DNA of 64,000 bases from the human T2T-CHM13v2.0 reference genome, Homo sapiens. A program made the position numbers and the translations under genes. Under the pieces are notes generated by a model. That model worked only from the letters and a program-made list of their open reading frames with translations, ran no database searches and was not told the DNA's origin. This document shows, piece by piece, positions 12,201 through 25,500 of this stretch (position 1 is the stretch's first letter; the number at the start of each line of letters is the position of its first letter). Location: assembly GCF_009914755.1 (NCBI RefSeq), contig NC_060935.1. One strand, given 5' to 3'.

Positions 12201-15200
12201 TTCTCAGAAACTGCTTTGTGATGTTTGTGTTCCACTTCAGGAATTGAACTTTCCTCTTGACAGAGCAGCTCTGAAACCCTCTTATTCTAGAATCTGCAAG
12301 TGGACATTTGTAGGGCTTTGAGGCCTGTGGTGGAAAAGGAAAATCTTCACATAAAAACTAGATGGAAGCATTCTCAGAAACTACTTTGTGATGACTGCAT
12401 TCGACTCACAGAGTTGAACATTCCTATAGATAGAGCAGGTTGTAAACAATCTTTTTGTAGAATCTGCGATTGGAGATTCGGACTGCTTTGAGGCATACTG
12501 TAGTAAAGGAAATAACTTCATCTAAAAACCAAACGGAAGCATTCACAGACAATTCTTAGTGATCATTCCATTTAACTAACAGAGCTGAACATTCCTTTAG
12601 ATGGAGCAGTTTCCAAACACACTTTCTGTAGAACCTGCAAGTGGATATTTGGACCTCTCTGAGGATTTCGTTGGAAACGGGATAAACTTCCCAGAACTAC
12701 ACGGAAGCATGCTGAGAAACTTCTTTGTGATGTTTGCATTCAACTCACAGAGTTGAACCTTGCTTTCATAGTTCAGCTTTCAAACACTCTTTTTGTAGAA
12801 TCTGCAAGTGGATATTTGGACCACTTTGTGGCCTTCCTTCGAAACGGGTATATCTTCACATCAAACCTAGACAGAAGCATTCTCAGAATGTTTCCTGTGA
12901 TGACTGCATTCAACTCACAGAGGTGAACAATCCTGCTGATGGAGCAGTTTTGAAACTCTCTTTCTTTGGATTCTGCAAGTGGATATGTGGACCTCTGTGA
13001 AGATTTCGTTGGAAACGGGTTCATCTTCACAGAAAAACTAAACAGAAGCATTCTCAGAAACTGCTTTGTGATGTTTGTGTTCCACTTCAGGAATTGAACT
13101 TTCCTCTTGACAGAGCAGCTCTGAAACCCTCTTATTCTAGAATCTGCAAGTGGACATTTGGAGGGCTTTGAGGCCTGTGGTGGAAAAGGAAAATCTTCAC
13201 ATAAAAACTAGATGGAAGCATTCTCAGAAACTACTTTGTGATGATTGCATTCGACTCACAGAGTTGAACATTCCTATAGATAGAGCAGGTTGTAAACAAT
13301 CTTTTTGTAGAATCTGCGATTGGAGATTTGGACTGCTTTGAGGCCTACTGTAGTAAAGGAAATAACTTCATCTAAAAACCAAACGGAAGCATTCACAGAC
13401 AATTCTTAGTGATCATTGCATTGAACTAACAGAGCTGAACATTCCTTTAGATGGAGCAGTTTCCAAACACACTTTCTGTAGAACCTGCAAGTGGATATTT
13501 GGACCTCTCTGAGGATTTCGTTGGAAAAGGGATAAACTTCCCAGAACTACACGGAAGCATTGTGAGAAACTTCTTTGTGATGTTTGCATTCAACTCACAG
13601 AGTTGAACCTTGCTTTCATAGTTCAGCTTTCAAACACTCTTTTTGTAGAATCTGCAAGTGGATATTTGGACCACTTTGTGGCCTTCCTTCGAAACGGGTA
13701 TATCTTCACATCAAACCTAGACAGAAGCATTCTCAGAATGTTTCCTGTGATGACTGCATTCAACTCACAGAGGTGAACAATCCTGCTGATGGAGCAGTTT
13801 TGAAACTCTCTTTCTTTGGATTCTGCAAGTGGATATGTGGACCCCTGTGAAGATTTCGTTGGTAACGGGTTCATCTTCACAGAAAAACTAAACAGGAGCA
13901 TTCTCAGAAACTGCTTTGTGATGTTTGTGTTCCACTTAAAGAATTCAACTTTCCTCTTGACAGAGCAGCTCTGAAACCCTCTTTTTCTAGAATCTGCAAG
14001 TGGACATTTGGAGGGCTTTGAGGCCTGTGGTGGAAAAGGAAAATCTTCACATAAAAACTTTATGGAAGCATTCTCAGAAACTTCTTTGTGATGATTGCAT
14101 TCGACTCACAGAGTTGAACATTCCTATAGATAGAGCAGGTTATAAACAATCTTTTTGTAGAATCTGCGATTGGAGATTTGGACTGCTTTGAGGCCTACTG
14201 TAGTAAAGGAAATTACTTCATCTAAAAACCAAACGGAAGCATTCACAGACAATTCTTAGTGATCATTGCATTGAACTAACAGAGCTGAACATTCCTTTAG
14301 ATGGAGCAGTTTCCAAACCAACTTTCTGTAGAATCTGCAAGTGGATTTTTGGACTTCTCTGAGGATTTCGTTGGAAACGGGATAAACTTCCCAGAACTAC
14401 ACGGAAGCATTGTGAGAAACTTCTTTGTGATGTTTGCATTCAACTCACAGAGTTGAACCTTGTTTTCATAGTTCAGCTTTCAAACACTCTTTTTGTAGAA
14501 TCTGCAAGTGGATATTTGGACCACTTTGTGGCCTTCCTTCGAAACGGGTATATCTTCACATCAAACCTAGACAGAAGCATTCTCAGAATGTTTCCTGTGA
14601 TGACTGCATTCAACTCACAGAGGTGAACAATCCTGCTGATGGAGCAGTTTTGAAACTCTCTTTCTTTGGATTCTGCAAGTGGATATGTGGACCTCTGTGA
14701 AGATTTCGTTGGAAACGGGTTCATCTTCACAGAAAAACTAAACAGAAGCATTCTCAGAAACTGCTTTGTGATGTTTGTGTTCCACTTCAGGAATTGAACT
14801 TTCCTCTTGACAGAGCAGCTCTGAAACCCTCTTATTCTAGAATCTGCAAGTGGACATTTGGAGGGCTTTGAGGCCTGTGGTGGAAAAGGAAAATCTTCAC
14901 ATAAAAACTAGATGGAAGCATTCTCAGAAACTACTTTGTGATAATTGCATTCGACTCACAGAGTTGAACATTCCTATAGATAGAGCAGGTTGTAAACAAT
15001 CTTTTTGTAGAATCTGCGATTGGAGATTTGGACTGCTTTGAGGCCTACTGTAGTAAAGGAAATAACTTCATCTAAAAACCAAACGGAAGCATTCACAGAC
15101 AATTCTTAGTGATCATTGCATTGAACTAACACAGCTGAACATTCCTTTAGATGGAGCAGTTTCCAAACACACTTTCTGTAGAACGTGCAAGTGGATATTT

Positions 15201-18200
15201 GGACCTCTCTGAGGATTTCGTTGGAAACGGGATAAACTTCCCAGAACTACACGGAAGCATGCTGAGAAACTTCTTTGTGATGTTTGCATTCAACTCACAG
15301 AGTTGAACCTTGCTTTCATAGTTCAGCTTTCAAACACTCTTTTTGTAGAATCTGCAAGTGGATATTTGGACCACTTTGTGGCCTTCCTTCGAAACGGGTA
15401 TATCTTCACATCAAACCTAGACAGAAGCATTCTCAGAATGTTTCCTGTGATGACTGCATTCAACTCACAGAGGTGAACAATCCTGCTGATGGAGCAGTTT
15501 TGAAACTCTCTTTCTTTGGATTCTGCAAGTGGATATGTGGACCTCTGTGAAGATTTCGTTGGAAACGGGTTCATCTTCACAGAAAAACTAAACAGAAGCA
15601 TTCTCAGAAACTGCTTTGTGATGTTTGTGTTCCACTTCAGGAATTGAACTTTCCTCTTGACAGAGCAGCTCTGAAACCCTCTTATTCTAGAATCTGCAAG
15701 TGGACATTTGTAGGGCTTTGAGGCCTGTGGTGGAAAAGGAAAATCTTCACATAAAAACTAGATGGAAGCATTCTCAGAAACTACTTTGTGATGACTGCAT
15801 TCGACTCACAGAGTTGAACATTCCTATAGATAGAGCAGGTTGTAAACAATCTTTTTGTAGAATCTGCGATTGGAGATTCGGACTGCTTTGAGGCATACTG
15901 TAGTAAAGGAAATAACTTCATCTAAAAACCAAACGGAAGCATTCACAGACAATTCTTAGTGATCATTGCATTTAACTAACAGAGCTGAACATTCCTTTAG
16001 ATGGAGCAGTTTCCAAACACACTTTCTGTAGAACCTGCAAGTGGATATTTGGACCTCTCTGAGGATTTCGTTGGAAACGGGATAAACTTCCCAGAACTAC
16101 ACGGAAGCATGCTGAGAAACTTCTTTGTGATGTTTGCATTCAACTCACAGAGTTGAACCTTGCTTTCATAGTTCAGCTTTCAAACACTCTTTTTGTAGAA
16201 TCTGCAAGTGGATATTTGGACCACTTTGTGGCCTTCCTTCGAAACGGGTATATCTTCACATCAAACCTAGACAGAAGCATTCTCAGAATGTTTCCTGTGA
16301 TGACTGCATTCAACTCACAGAGGTGAACAATCCTGCTGATGGAGCAGTTTTGAAACTCTCTTTCTTTGGATTCTGCAAGTGGATATGTGGACCTCTGTGA
16401 AGATTTCGTTGGAAACGGGTTCATCTTCACAGAAAAACTAAACAGAAGCATTCTCAGAAACTGCTTTGTGATGTTTGTGTTCCACTTCAGGAATTGAACT
16501 TTCCTCTTGACAGAGCAGCTCTGAAACCCTCTTATTCTAGAATCTGCAAGTGGACATTTGGAGGGCTTTGAGGCCTGTGGTGGAAAAGGAAAATCTTCAC
16601 ATAAAAACTAGATGGAAGCATTCTCAGAAACTACTTTGTGATGATTGCATTCGACTCACAGAGTTGAACATTCCTATAGATAGAGCAGGTTGTAAACAAT
16701 CTTTTTGTAGAATCTGCGATTGGAGATTTGGACTGCTTTGAGGCCTACTGTAGTAAAGGAAATAACTTCATCTAAAAACCAAACGGAAGCATTCACAGAC
16801 AATTCTTAGTGATCATTGCATTGAACTAACAGAGCTGAACATTCCTTTAGATGGAGCAGTTTCCAAACACACTTTCTGTAGAACCTGCAAGTGGATATTT
16901 GGACCTCTCTGAGGATTTCGTTGGAAAAGGGATAAACTTCCTAGAACTACACGGAAGCATTGTGAGAAACTTCTTTGTGATGTTTGCATTCAACTCACAG
17001 AGTTGAACCTTGCTTTCATAGTTCAGCTTTCAAACACTCTTTTTGTAGAATCTGCAAGTGGATATTTGGACCACTTTGTGGCCTTCCTTCGAAACGGGTA
17101 TATCTTCACATCAAACCTAGACAGAAGCATTCTCAGAATGTTTCCTGTGATGACTGCATTCAACTCACAGAGGTGAACAATCCTGCTGATGGAGCAGTTT
17201 TGAAACTCTCTTTCTTTGGATTCTGCAAGTGGATATGTGGACCCCTGTGAAGATTTCGTTGGTAACGGGTTCATCTTCACAGAAAAACTAAACAGGAGCA
17301 TTCTCAGAAACTGCTTTGTGATGTTTGTGTTCCACTTAAAGAATTGAACTTTCCTCTTGACAGAGCAGCTCTGAAACCCTCTTTTTCTAGAATCTGCAAG
17401 TGGACATTTGGAGGGCTTTGAGGCCTGTGGTGGAAAAGGAAAATCTTCACATAAAAACTTTATGGAAGCATTCTCAGAAACTTCTTTGTGATGATTGCAT
17501 TCGACTCACAGAGTTGAACATTCCTATAGATAGAGCAGGTTATAAACAATCTTTTTGTAGAATCTGCGATTGGAGATTTGGACTGCTTTGAGGCCTACTG
17601 TAGTAAAGGAAATTACTTCATCTAAAAACCAAACGGAAGCATTCACAGACAATTCTTAGTGATCATTGCATTGAACTAACAGAGCTGAACATTCCTTTAG
17701 ATGGAGCAGTTTCCAAACCAACTTTCTGTAGAATCTGCAAGTGGATTTTTGGACTTCTCTGAGGATTTCGTTGGAAACGGGATAAACTTCCCAGAACTAC
17801 ACGGAAGCATTGTGAGAAACTTCTTTGTGATGTTTGCATTCAACTCACAGAGTTGAACCTTGTTTTCATAGTTCAGCTTTCAAACACTCTTTTTGTAGAA
17901 TCTGCAAGTGGATATTTGGACCACTTTGTGGCCTTCCTTCGAAACGGGTATATCTTCACATCAAACCTAGACAGAAGCATTCTCAGAATGTTTCCTGTGA
18001 TGACTGCATTCAACTCACAGAGGTGAACAATCCTGCTGATGGAGCAGTTTTGAAACTCTCTTTCTTTGGATTCTGCAAGTGGATATGTGGACCTCTGTGA
18101 AGATTTCGTTGGAAACGGGTTCATCTTCACAGAAAAACTAAACAGAAGCATTCTCAGAAACTGCTTTGTGATGTTTGTGTTCCACTTCAGGAATTGAACT

Positions 18201-18650
18201 TTCCTCTTGACAGAGCAGCTCTGAAACCCTCTTATTCTAGAATCTGCAAGTGGACATTTGGAGGGCTTTGAGGCCTGTGGTGGAAAAGGAAAATCTTCAC
18301 ATAAAAACTAGATGGAAGCATTCTCAGAAACTACTTTGTGATAATTGCATTCGACTCACAGAGTTGAACATTCCTATAGATAGAGCAGGTTGTAAACAAT
18401 CTTTTTGTAGAATCTGCGATTGGAGATTTGGACTGCTTTGAGGCCTACTGTAGTAAAGGAAATAACTTCATCTAAAAACCAAACGGAAGCATTCACAGAC
18501 AATTCTTAGTGATCATTGCATTGAACTAACACAGCTGAACATTCCTTTAGATGGAGCAGTTTCCAAACACACTTTCTGTAGAACCTGCAAGTGGATATTT
18601 GGACCTCTCTGAGGATTTCGTTGGAAACGGGATAAACTTCCCAGAACTAC
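9300..18650 (+). repeat. 4-HOR (3400-bp) super-repeat, about 2.7 copies
   Basis: The variant cluster acccctgtga...ggtaacggg...aactttatgg...ggttataa is at 10441, 13841 and 17241; tagggctttg is at 12311 and 15711. Boundaries are approximate. Confidence 0.85.
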
Positions 18651-19549
18651 ACGGAAGCATTGTGAGAAACTTCTTTGTGATGTTTGCATTCAACTCACAG
18701 AGTTGAACCTTGCTTTCATAGTTCAGCTTTCAAACACTCTTTTTGTAGAATCTGCAAGTGGATATTTGGACCACTTTGTGGCCTTCCTTCGAAACGGGTA
18801 TATCTTCACATCAAACCTAGACAGAAGCATTCTCAGAATGTTTCCTGTGATGACTGCATTCAACTCACAGAGGTGAACAATCCTGCTGATGGAGCAGTTT
18901 TGAAACTCTCTTTCTTTGGATTCTGCAAGTGGATATGTGGACCTCTGTGAAGATTTCGTTGGAAACGGGTTCATCTTCACAGAAAAACTAAACAGAAGCA
19001 TTCTCAGAAACTGCTTTGTGATGTTTGTGTTCCACTTCAGGAATTGAACTTTCCTCTTGACAGAGCAGCTCTGAAACCCTCTTATTCTAGAATCTGCAAG
19101 TGGACATTTGGAGGGCTTTGAGGCCTGTGGTGGAAAAGGAAAATCTTCACATAAAAACTAGATGGAAGCATTCTCAGAAACTACTTTGTGATGACTGCAT
19201 TCGACTCACAGAGTTGAACATTCCTATAGATAGAGCAGGTTGTAAACAATCTTTTTGTAGAATCTGCGATTGGAGATTTGGACTGCTTTGAGGCCTACTG
19301 TAGTAAAGGAAATAACTTCATCTAAAAACCAAACGGAAGCATTCACAGACAATTCTTAGTGATCATTGGATTGAACTAACAGAGCTGAACATTCCTTTAG
19401 ATGACGCAGTTTCCAAACACACTTTCTGTAGAATCTGCAAGTGGATATTTGGACTTCTCTGAGGATTTCGTTGGAAACGGGATAAATTTTCCAGAACTAC
19501 ACGGAAGCATTGTGAGAAACATCTTTGTGATGTTTGCATTCAACTCACA

Positions 19550-22500
19550 GAGTTGAACCTTGCTTTCATAGTTCAGCTTTCAAACACTCTTTTTGTAGAA
19601 TCTGCAAGTGGATATTTGGACCACTTTGTGGCCTTCCTTCGAAAAGGTATATCTTCACATCAAACCTAGACAGAAGCATTCTCAGAATGTTTCCTGTGAT
19701 GACTGCATTCAACTCACAGAGGTGAACAATCCTGCTGATGGAGCAGTTTTGAAACTCTCTTTCTTTGGATTCTGCAAGTGGATATGTGGACCTCTGTGAA
19801 GATTTCGTTGGAAACGGGTTCATCTTCACAGAAAAACTAAACAGGAGCATTCTCAGAAACTGCTTTGTGATGTTTGTGTTCCACTTCAAGAACTGAACTT
19901 TCCTCTTGACAGAGCAGCTCTGAAACCCTATTTTTCTAAAATCTGCAAGTGGACATTTGGAGGGCTTTGAGGGCTGTGGTGGAAAAGGAAAATCTTCACA
20001 TAAAAACTAGATGGAAGCATTCTCAGAAACTACTTTGTGATGATTGCATTCGACTCACAGAGTTGAACATTCCTATAGATAGAGCAGGTTGTAAACAATC
20101 TTTTTGTAGAATCTGCGATTGGAGATTTGGACTGCTTTGAGGCCTACTGTAGTAAAGGAAATAACTTCATCTAAAAACCAAACGGAAGCATTCACAGACA
20201 ATTCTTAGTGATCATTGCATTGAACTAACAGAGCTGAACATTCCTTTAGATGGAGCAGTTTCCAAACACACTTTCTGTAGAACCTGCAAGTGGATATTTG
20301 GACCTCTCTGAGGATTTCGTTGGAAACGGGATAAACTTCCCAGAACTACACGGAAGCATTGTGAGAAACTTCTTTGTGATGTTTGCATTCAACTCACAGA
20401 GTTGAACCTTGCTTTCATAGTTCAGCTTTCAAACACTCTTTTTGTAGAATCTGCAAGTGGATATTTGGACCACTTTGTGGCCTTCCTTCGAAACGGGTAT
20501 ATCTTCACATCAAACCTAGACAGAAGCATTCTCAGAATGTTTCCTGTGATGACTGCATTCAACTCACAGAGGTGAACAATCCTGCTGATGGAGCAGTTTT
20601 GAAACTCTCTTTCTTTGGATTCTGCAAGTGGATATGTGGACCTCTGTGAAGATTTCGTTGGAAACGGGTTCATCTTCACAGAAAAACTAAACAGAAGCAT
20701 TCTCAGAAACTGCTTTGTGATGTTTGTGTTCCACTTCAGGAATTGAACTTTCCTCTTGACAGAGCAGCTCTGAAACCCTCTTATTCTAGAATCTGCAAGT
20801 GGACATTTGGAGGGCTTTGAGGCCTGTGGTGGAAAAGGAAAATCTTCACATAAAAACTAGATGGAAGCATTCTCAGAAACTACTTTGTGATGATTGCATT
20901 CGACTCACAGAGTTGAACATTCCTATAGATAGAGCAGGTTGTAAACAATCTTTTTGTAGAATCTGCGATTGGAGATTTGGACTGCTTTGAGGCCTACTGT
21001 AGTAAAGGAAATAACTTCATCTAAAAACCAAACGGAAGCATTCACAGACAATTCTTAGTGATCATTGCATTGAACTAACAGAGCTGAACATTCCTTTAGA
21101 TGGAGCAGTTTCCAAACACACTTTCTGTAGAACCTGCAAGTGGTTATTTGGACCTCTCTGAGGATTTCGTTGGAAACGGGATAAACTTCCCAGAACTACA
21201 CGGAAGCATTGTGAGAAACTTCTTTGTGATGTTTGCATTCAACTCACAGAGTTGAACCTTGCTTTCATAGTTCAGCTTTCAAACACTCTTTTTGTAGAAT
21301 CTGCAAGTGGATATTTGGACCACTTTGTGGCCTTCCTTCGAAACGGGTATATCTTCACATCAAACCTAGACAGAAGCATTCTCAGAATGTTTCCTGTGAT
21401 GACTGCATTCAACTCACAGAGGTGAACAATCCTGCTGATGGAGCAGTTTTGAAACTCTCTTTCTTTGGATTCTGCAAGTGGATATGTGGACCTCTGTGAA
21501 GATTTCGTTGGAAATGGGTTCATCTTCACAGAAAAACTAAACAGAAACATTCTCACAAACTGCTTTGTGATGTTTGTGTTCCACTTCAGGAATTGAACTT
21601 TCCTCTTGACAGAGCAGCTCTGAAACCCTCTTATTCTAGAATCTGCAAGTGGACATTTGGAGGGCTTTGAGGCCTGTGGTGGAAAAGGAAAATCTTCACA
21701 TAAAAACTAGATGGAAGCATTCTCAGAAACTACTTTGTGATGACTGCATTCGACTCACAGAGTTGAACATTCCTATAGATAGAGCAGGTTGTAAACAATC
21801 TTTTTCTAGAATCTGCGATTGGAGATTTGGACTGCTTTGAGGCCTACTGTAGTAAAGGAAATAACTTCATCTAAAAACCAAACGGAAGCATTCACAAACA
21901 ATTCTTAGTGATCATTGCATTGAACTAACAGAGCTGAACATTCCTTTAGATGACGCAGTTTCCAAACACACTTTCTGTAGAATCTGCAAGTGGATATTTG
22001 GACTTCTCTGAGGATTTCGTTGGAAACGGGATAAACTTTCCAGAACTACACGGAAGCATTGTGAGAAACTTCTTTGTGATGTTTGCATTCAACTCACAGA
22101 GTTGAACCTTGCTTTCATAGTTCAGCTTTCAAACACTCTTTTTGTAGAATCTGCAAGTGGATATTTGGACCACTTTGTGGCCTTCCTTCGAAAAGGTATA
22201 TCTTCACATCAAACCTAGACAGAAGCATTCTCAGAATGTTTCCTGTGATGACTGCATTCAACTCACAGAGGTGAACAATCCTGCTGATGGAGCAGTTTTG
22301 AAACTCTCTTTCTTTGGATTCTGCAAGTGGATATGTGGACCTCTGTGAAGATTTCGTTGGAAACGGGTTCATCTTCACAGAAAAACTAAACAGGAGCATT
22401 CTCAGAAACTGCTTTGTGATGTTTGTGTTCCACTTCAAGAACTGAACTTTCCTCTTGACAGAGCAGCTCTGAAACCCTATTTTTCTAAAATCTGCAAGTG

Positions 22501-25500
22501 GACATTTGGAGGGCTTTCAGGGCTGTGGTGGAAAAGGAAAATCTTCACATAAAAACTAGACGGAAGCATTCTCAGAAACTACTTTGTGATGATTGCATTC
22601 GACTCACAGAGTTGAACATTCCTATAGATAGAGCAGGTTGTAAACAATCTTTTTGTAGAATCTGCGATTGGAGATTTGGACTGCTTTGAGGCCTACTGTA
22701 GTAAAGGAAATAACTTCATCTAAAAACCAAACGGAAGCATTCACAGACAATTCTTAGTGATCATTGCATTGAACTAACAGAGCTGAACATTCCTTTAGAT
22801 GGAGCAGTTTCCAAACACACTTTCTGTAGAACCTGCAAGTGGATATTTGGACCTCTCTGAGGATTTCGTTGGAAACGGGATAAACTTCCCAGAACTACAC
22901 GGAAGCATTGTGAGAAACTTCTTTGTGATGTTTGCATTCAACTCACAGAGTTGAACCTTGCTTTCATAGTTCAGCTTTCAAACACTCTTTTTGTAGAATC
23001 TGCAAGTGGATATTTGGACCACTTTGTGGCCTTCCTTCGAAACGGGTATATCTTCACATCAAACCTAGACAGAAGCATTCTCAGAATGTTTCCTGTGATG
23101 ACTGCATTCAACTCACAGAGGTGAACAATCCTGCTGATGGAGCAGTTTTGAAACTCTCTTTCTTTGGATTCTGCAAGTGGATATGTGGACCTCTGTGAAG
23201 ATTTCGTTGGAAACGGGTTCATCTTCACAGAAAAACTAAACAGAAGCATTCTCAGAAACTGCTTTGTGATGTTTGTGTTCCACTTCAGGAATTGAACTTT
23301 CCTCTTGACAGAGCAGCTCTGAAACCCTCTTATTCTAGAATCTGCAAGTGGACATTTGGAGGGCTTTGAGGCCTGTGGTGGAAAAGGAAAATCTTCACAT
23401 AAAAACTAGATGGAAGCATTCTCAGAAACTACTTTGTGATGATTGCATTCGACTCACAGAGTTGAACATTCCTATAGATAGATCAGGTTGTAAACAATCT
23501 TTTTGTAGAATCTGCGATTGGAGATTTGGACTGCTTTGAGGCCTACTGTAGTAAAGGAAATAACTTCATCTAAAAACCAAACGGAAGCATTCACAGACAA
23601 TTCTTAGTGATCATTGCATTGAACTAACAGAGCTGAACATTCCTTTAGATGGAGCAGTTTCCAAACACACTTTCTGTAGAACCTGCAAGTGGTTATTTGG
23701 ACCTCTCTGAGGATTTCGTTGGAAACGGGATAAACTTCCCAGAACTACACGGAAGCATTGTGAGAAACTTCTTTGTGATGTTTGCATTCAACTCACAGAG
23801 TTGAACCTTGCTTTCATAGTTCAGCTTTCAAACACTCTTTTTGTAGAATCTGCAAGTGGATATTTGGACCACTTTGTGGCCTTCCTTCGAAACGGGTATA
23901 TCTTCACATCAAACCTAGACAGAAGCATTCTCAGAATGTTTCCTGTGATGACTGCATTCAACTCACAGAGGTGAACAATCCTGCTGATGGAGCAGTTTTG
24001 AAACTCTCTTTCTTTGGATTCTGCAAGTGGATATGTGGACCTCTGTGAAGATTTCGTTGGAAATGGGTTCATCTTCACAGAAAAACTAAACAGAAACATT
24101 CTCACAAACTGCTTTGTGATGTTTGTGTTCCACTTCAGGAATTGAACTTTCCTCTTGACAGAGCAGCTCTGAAACCCTCTTATTCTAGAATCTGCAAGTG
24201 GACATTTGGAGGGCTTTGAGGCCTGTGGTGGAAAAGGAAAATCTTCACATAAAAACTAGATGGAAGCATTCTCAGAAACTACTTTGTGATGACTGCATTC
24301 GACTCACAGAGTTGAACATTCCTATAGATAGAGCAGGTTGTAAACAATCTTTTTCTAGAATCTGCGATTGGAGATTTGGACTGCTTTGAGGCCTACTGTA
24401 GTAAAGGAAATAACTTCATCTAAAAACCAAACGGAAGCATTCACAGACAATTCTTAGTGATCATTGCATTGAACTAACAGAGCTGAACATTCCTTTAGAT
24501 GACGCAGTTTCCAAACACACTTTCTGTAGAATCTGCAAGTGGATATTTGGACTTCTCTGAGGATTTCGTTGGAAACGGGATAAACTTCCCAGAACTACAC
24601 GGAAGCATGCTGAGAAACTTCTTTGTGATGTTTGCATTCAACTCACAGAGTTGAACCTTGCTTTCATAGTTCAGCTTTCAAACACTCTTTTTGTAGAATC
24701 TGCAAGTGGATATTTGGACCACTTTGTGGCCTTCCTTCGAAAAGGTATATCTTCACATCAAACCTAGACAGAAGCATTCTCAGAATGTTTCCTGTGATGA
24801 CTGCATTCAACTCACAGAGGTGAACAATCCTGCTGATGGAGCAGTTTTGAAACTCTCTTTCTTTGGATTCTGCAAGTGGATATGTGGACCTCTGTGAAGA
24901 TTTCGTTGGAAACGGGTTCATCTTCACAGAAAAACTAAACAGGAGCATTCTCAGAAACTGCTTTGTGATGTTTGTGTTCCACTTCAAGAACTGAACTTTC
25001 CTCTTGACAGAGCAGCTCTGAAACCCTATTTTTCTAAAATCTGCAAGTGGACATTTGGAGGGCTTTGAGGCCTGTGGTGGAAAAGGAAAATCTTCACATA
25101 AAAACTAGATGGAAGCATTCTCAGAAACTACTTTGTGATGATTGCATTCGACTCACAGAGTTGAACATTCCTATAGATAGAGCAGGTTGTAAACAATCTT
25201 TTTGTAGAATCTGCGATTGGAGATTTGGACTGCTTTGAGGCCTACTGTAGTAAAGGAAATAACTTCATCTAAAAACCAAACGGAAGCATTCACAGACAAT
25301 TCTTAGTGATCATTGCATTGAACTAACACAGCTGAACATTCCTTTAGATGGAGCAGTTTCCAAACACACTTTCTGTAGAACCTGCAAGTGGATATTTGGA
25401 CCTCTCTGAGGATTTCGTTGGAAAAGGGATAAACTTCCCAGAACTACACGGAAGCATTGTGAGAAACTTCTTTGTGATGTTTGCATTCAACTCACAGAGT

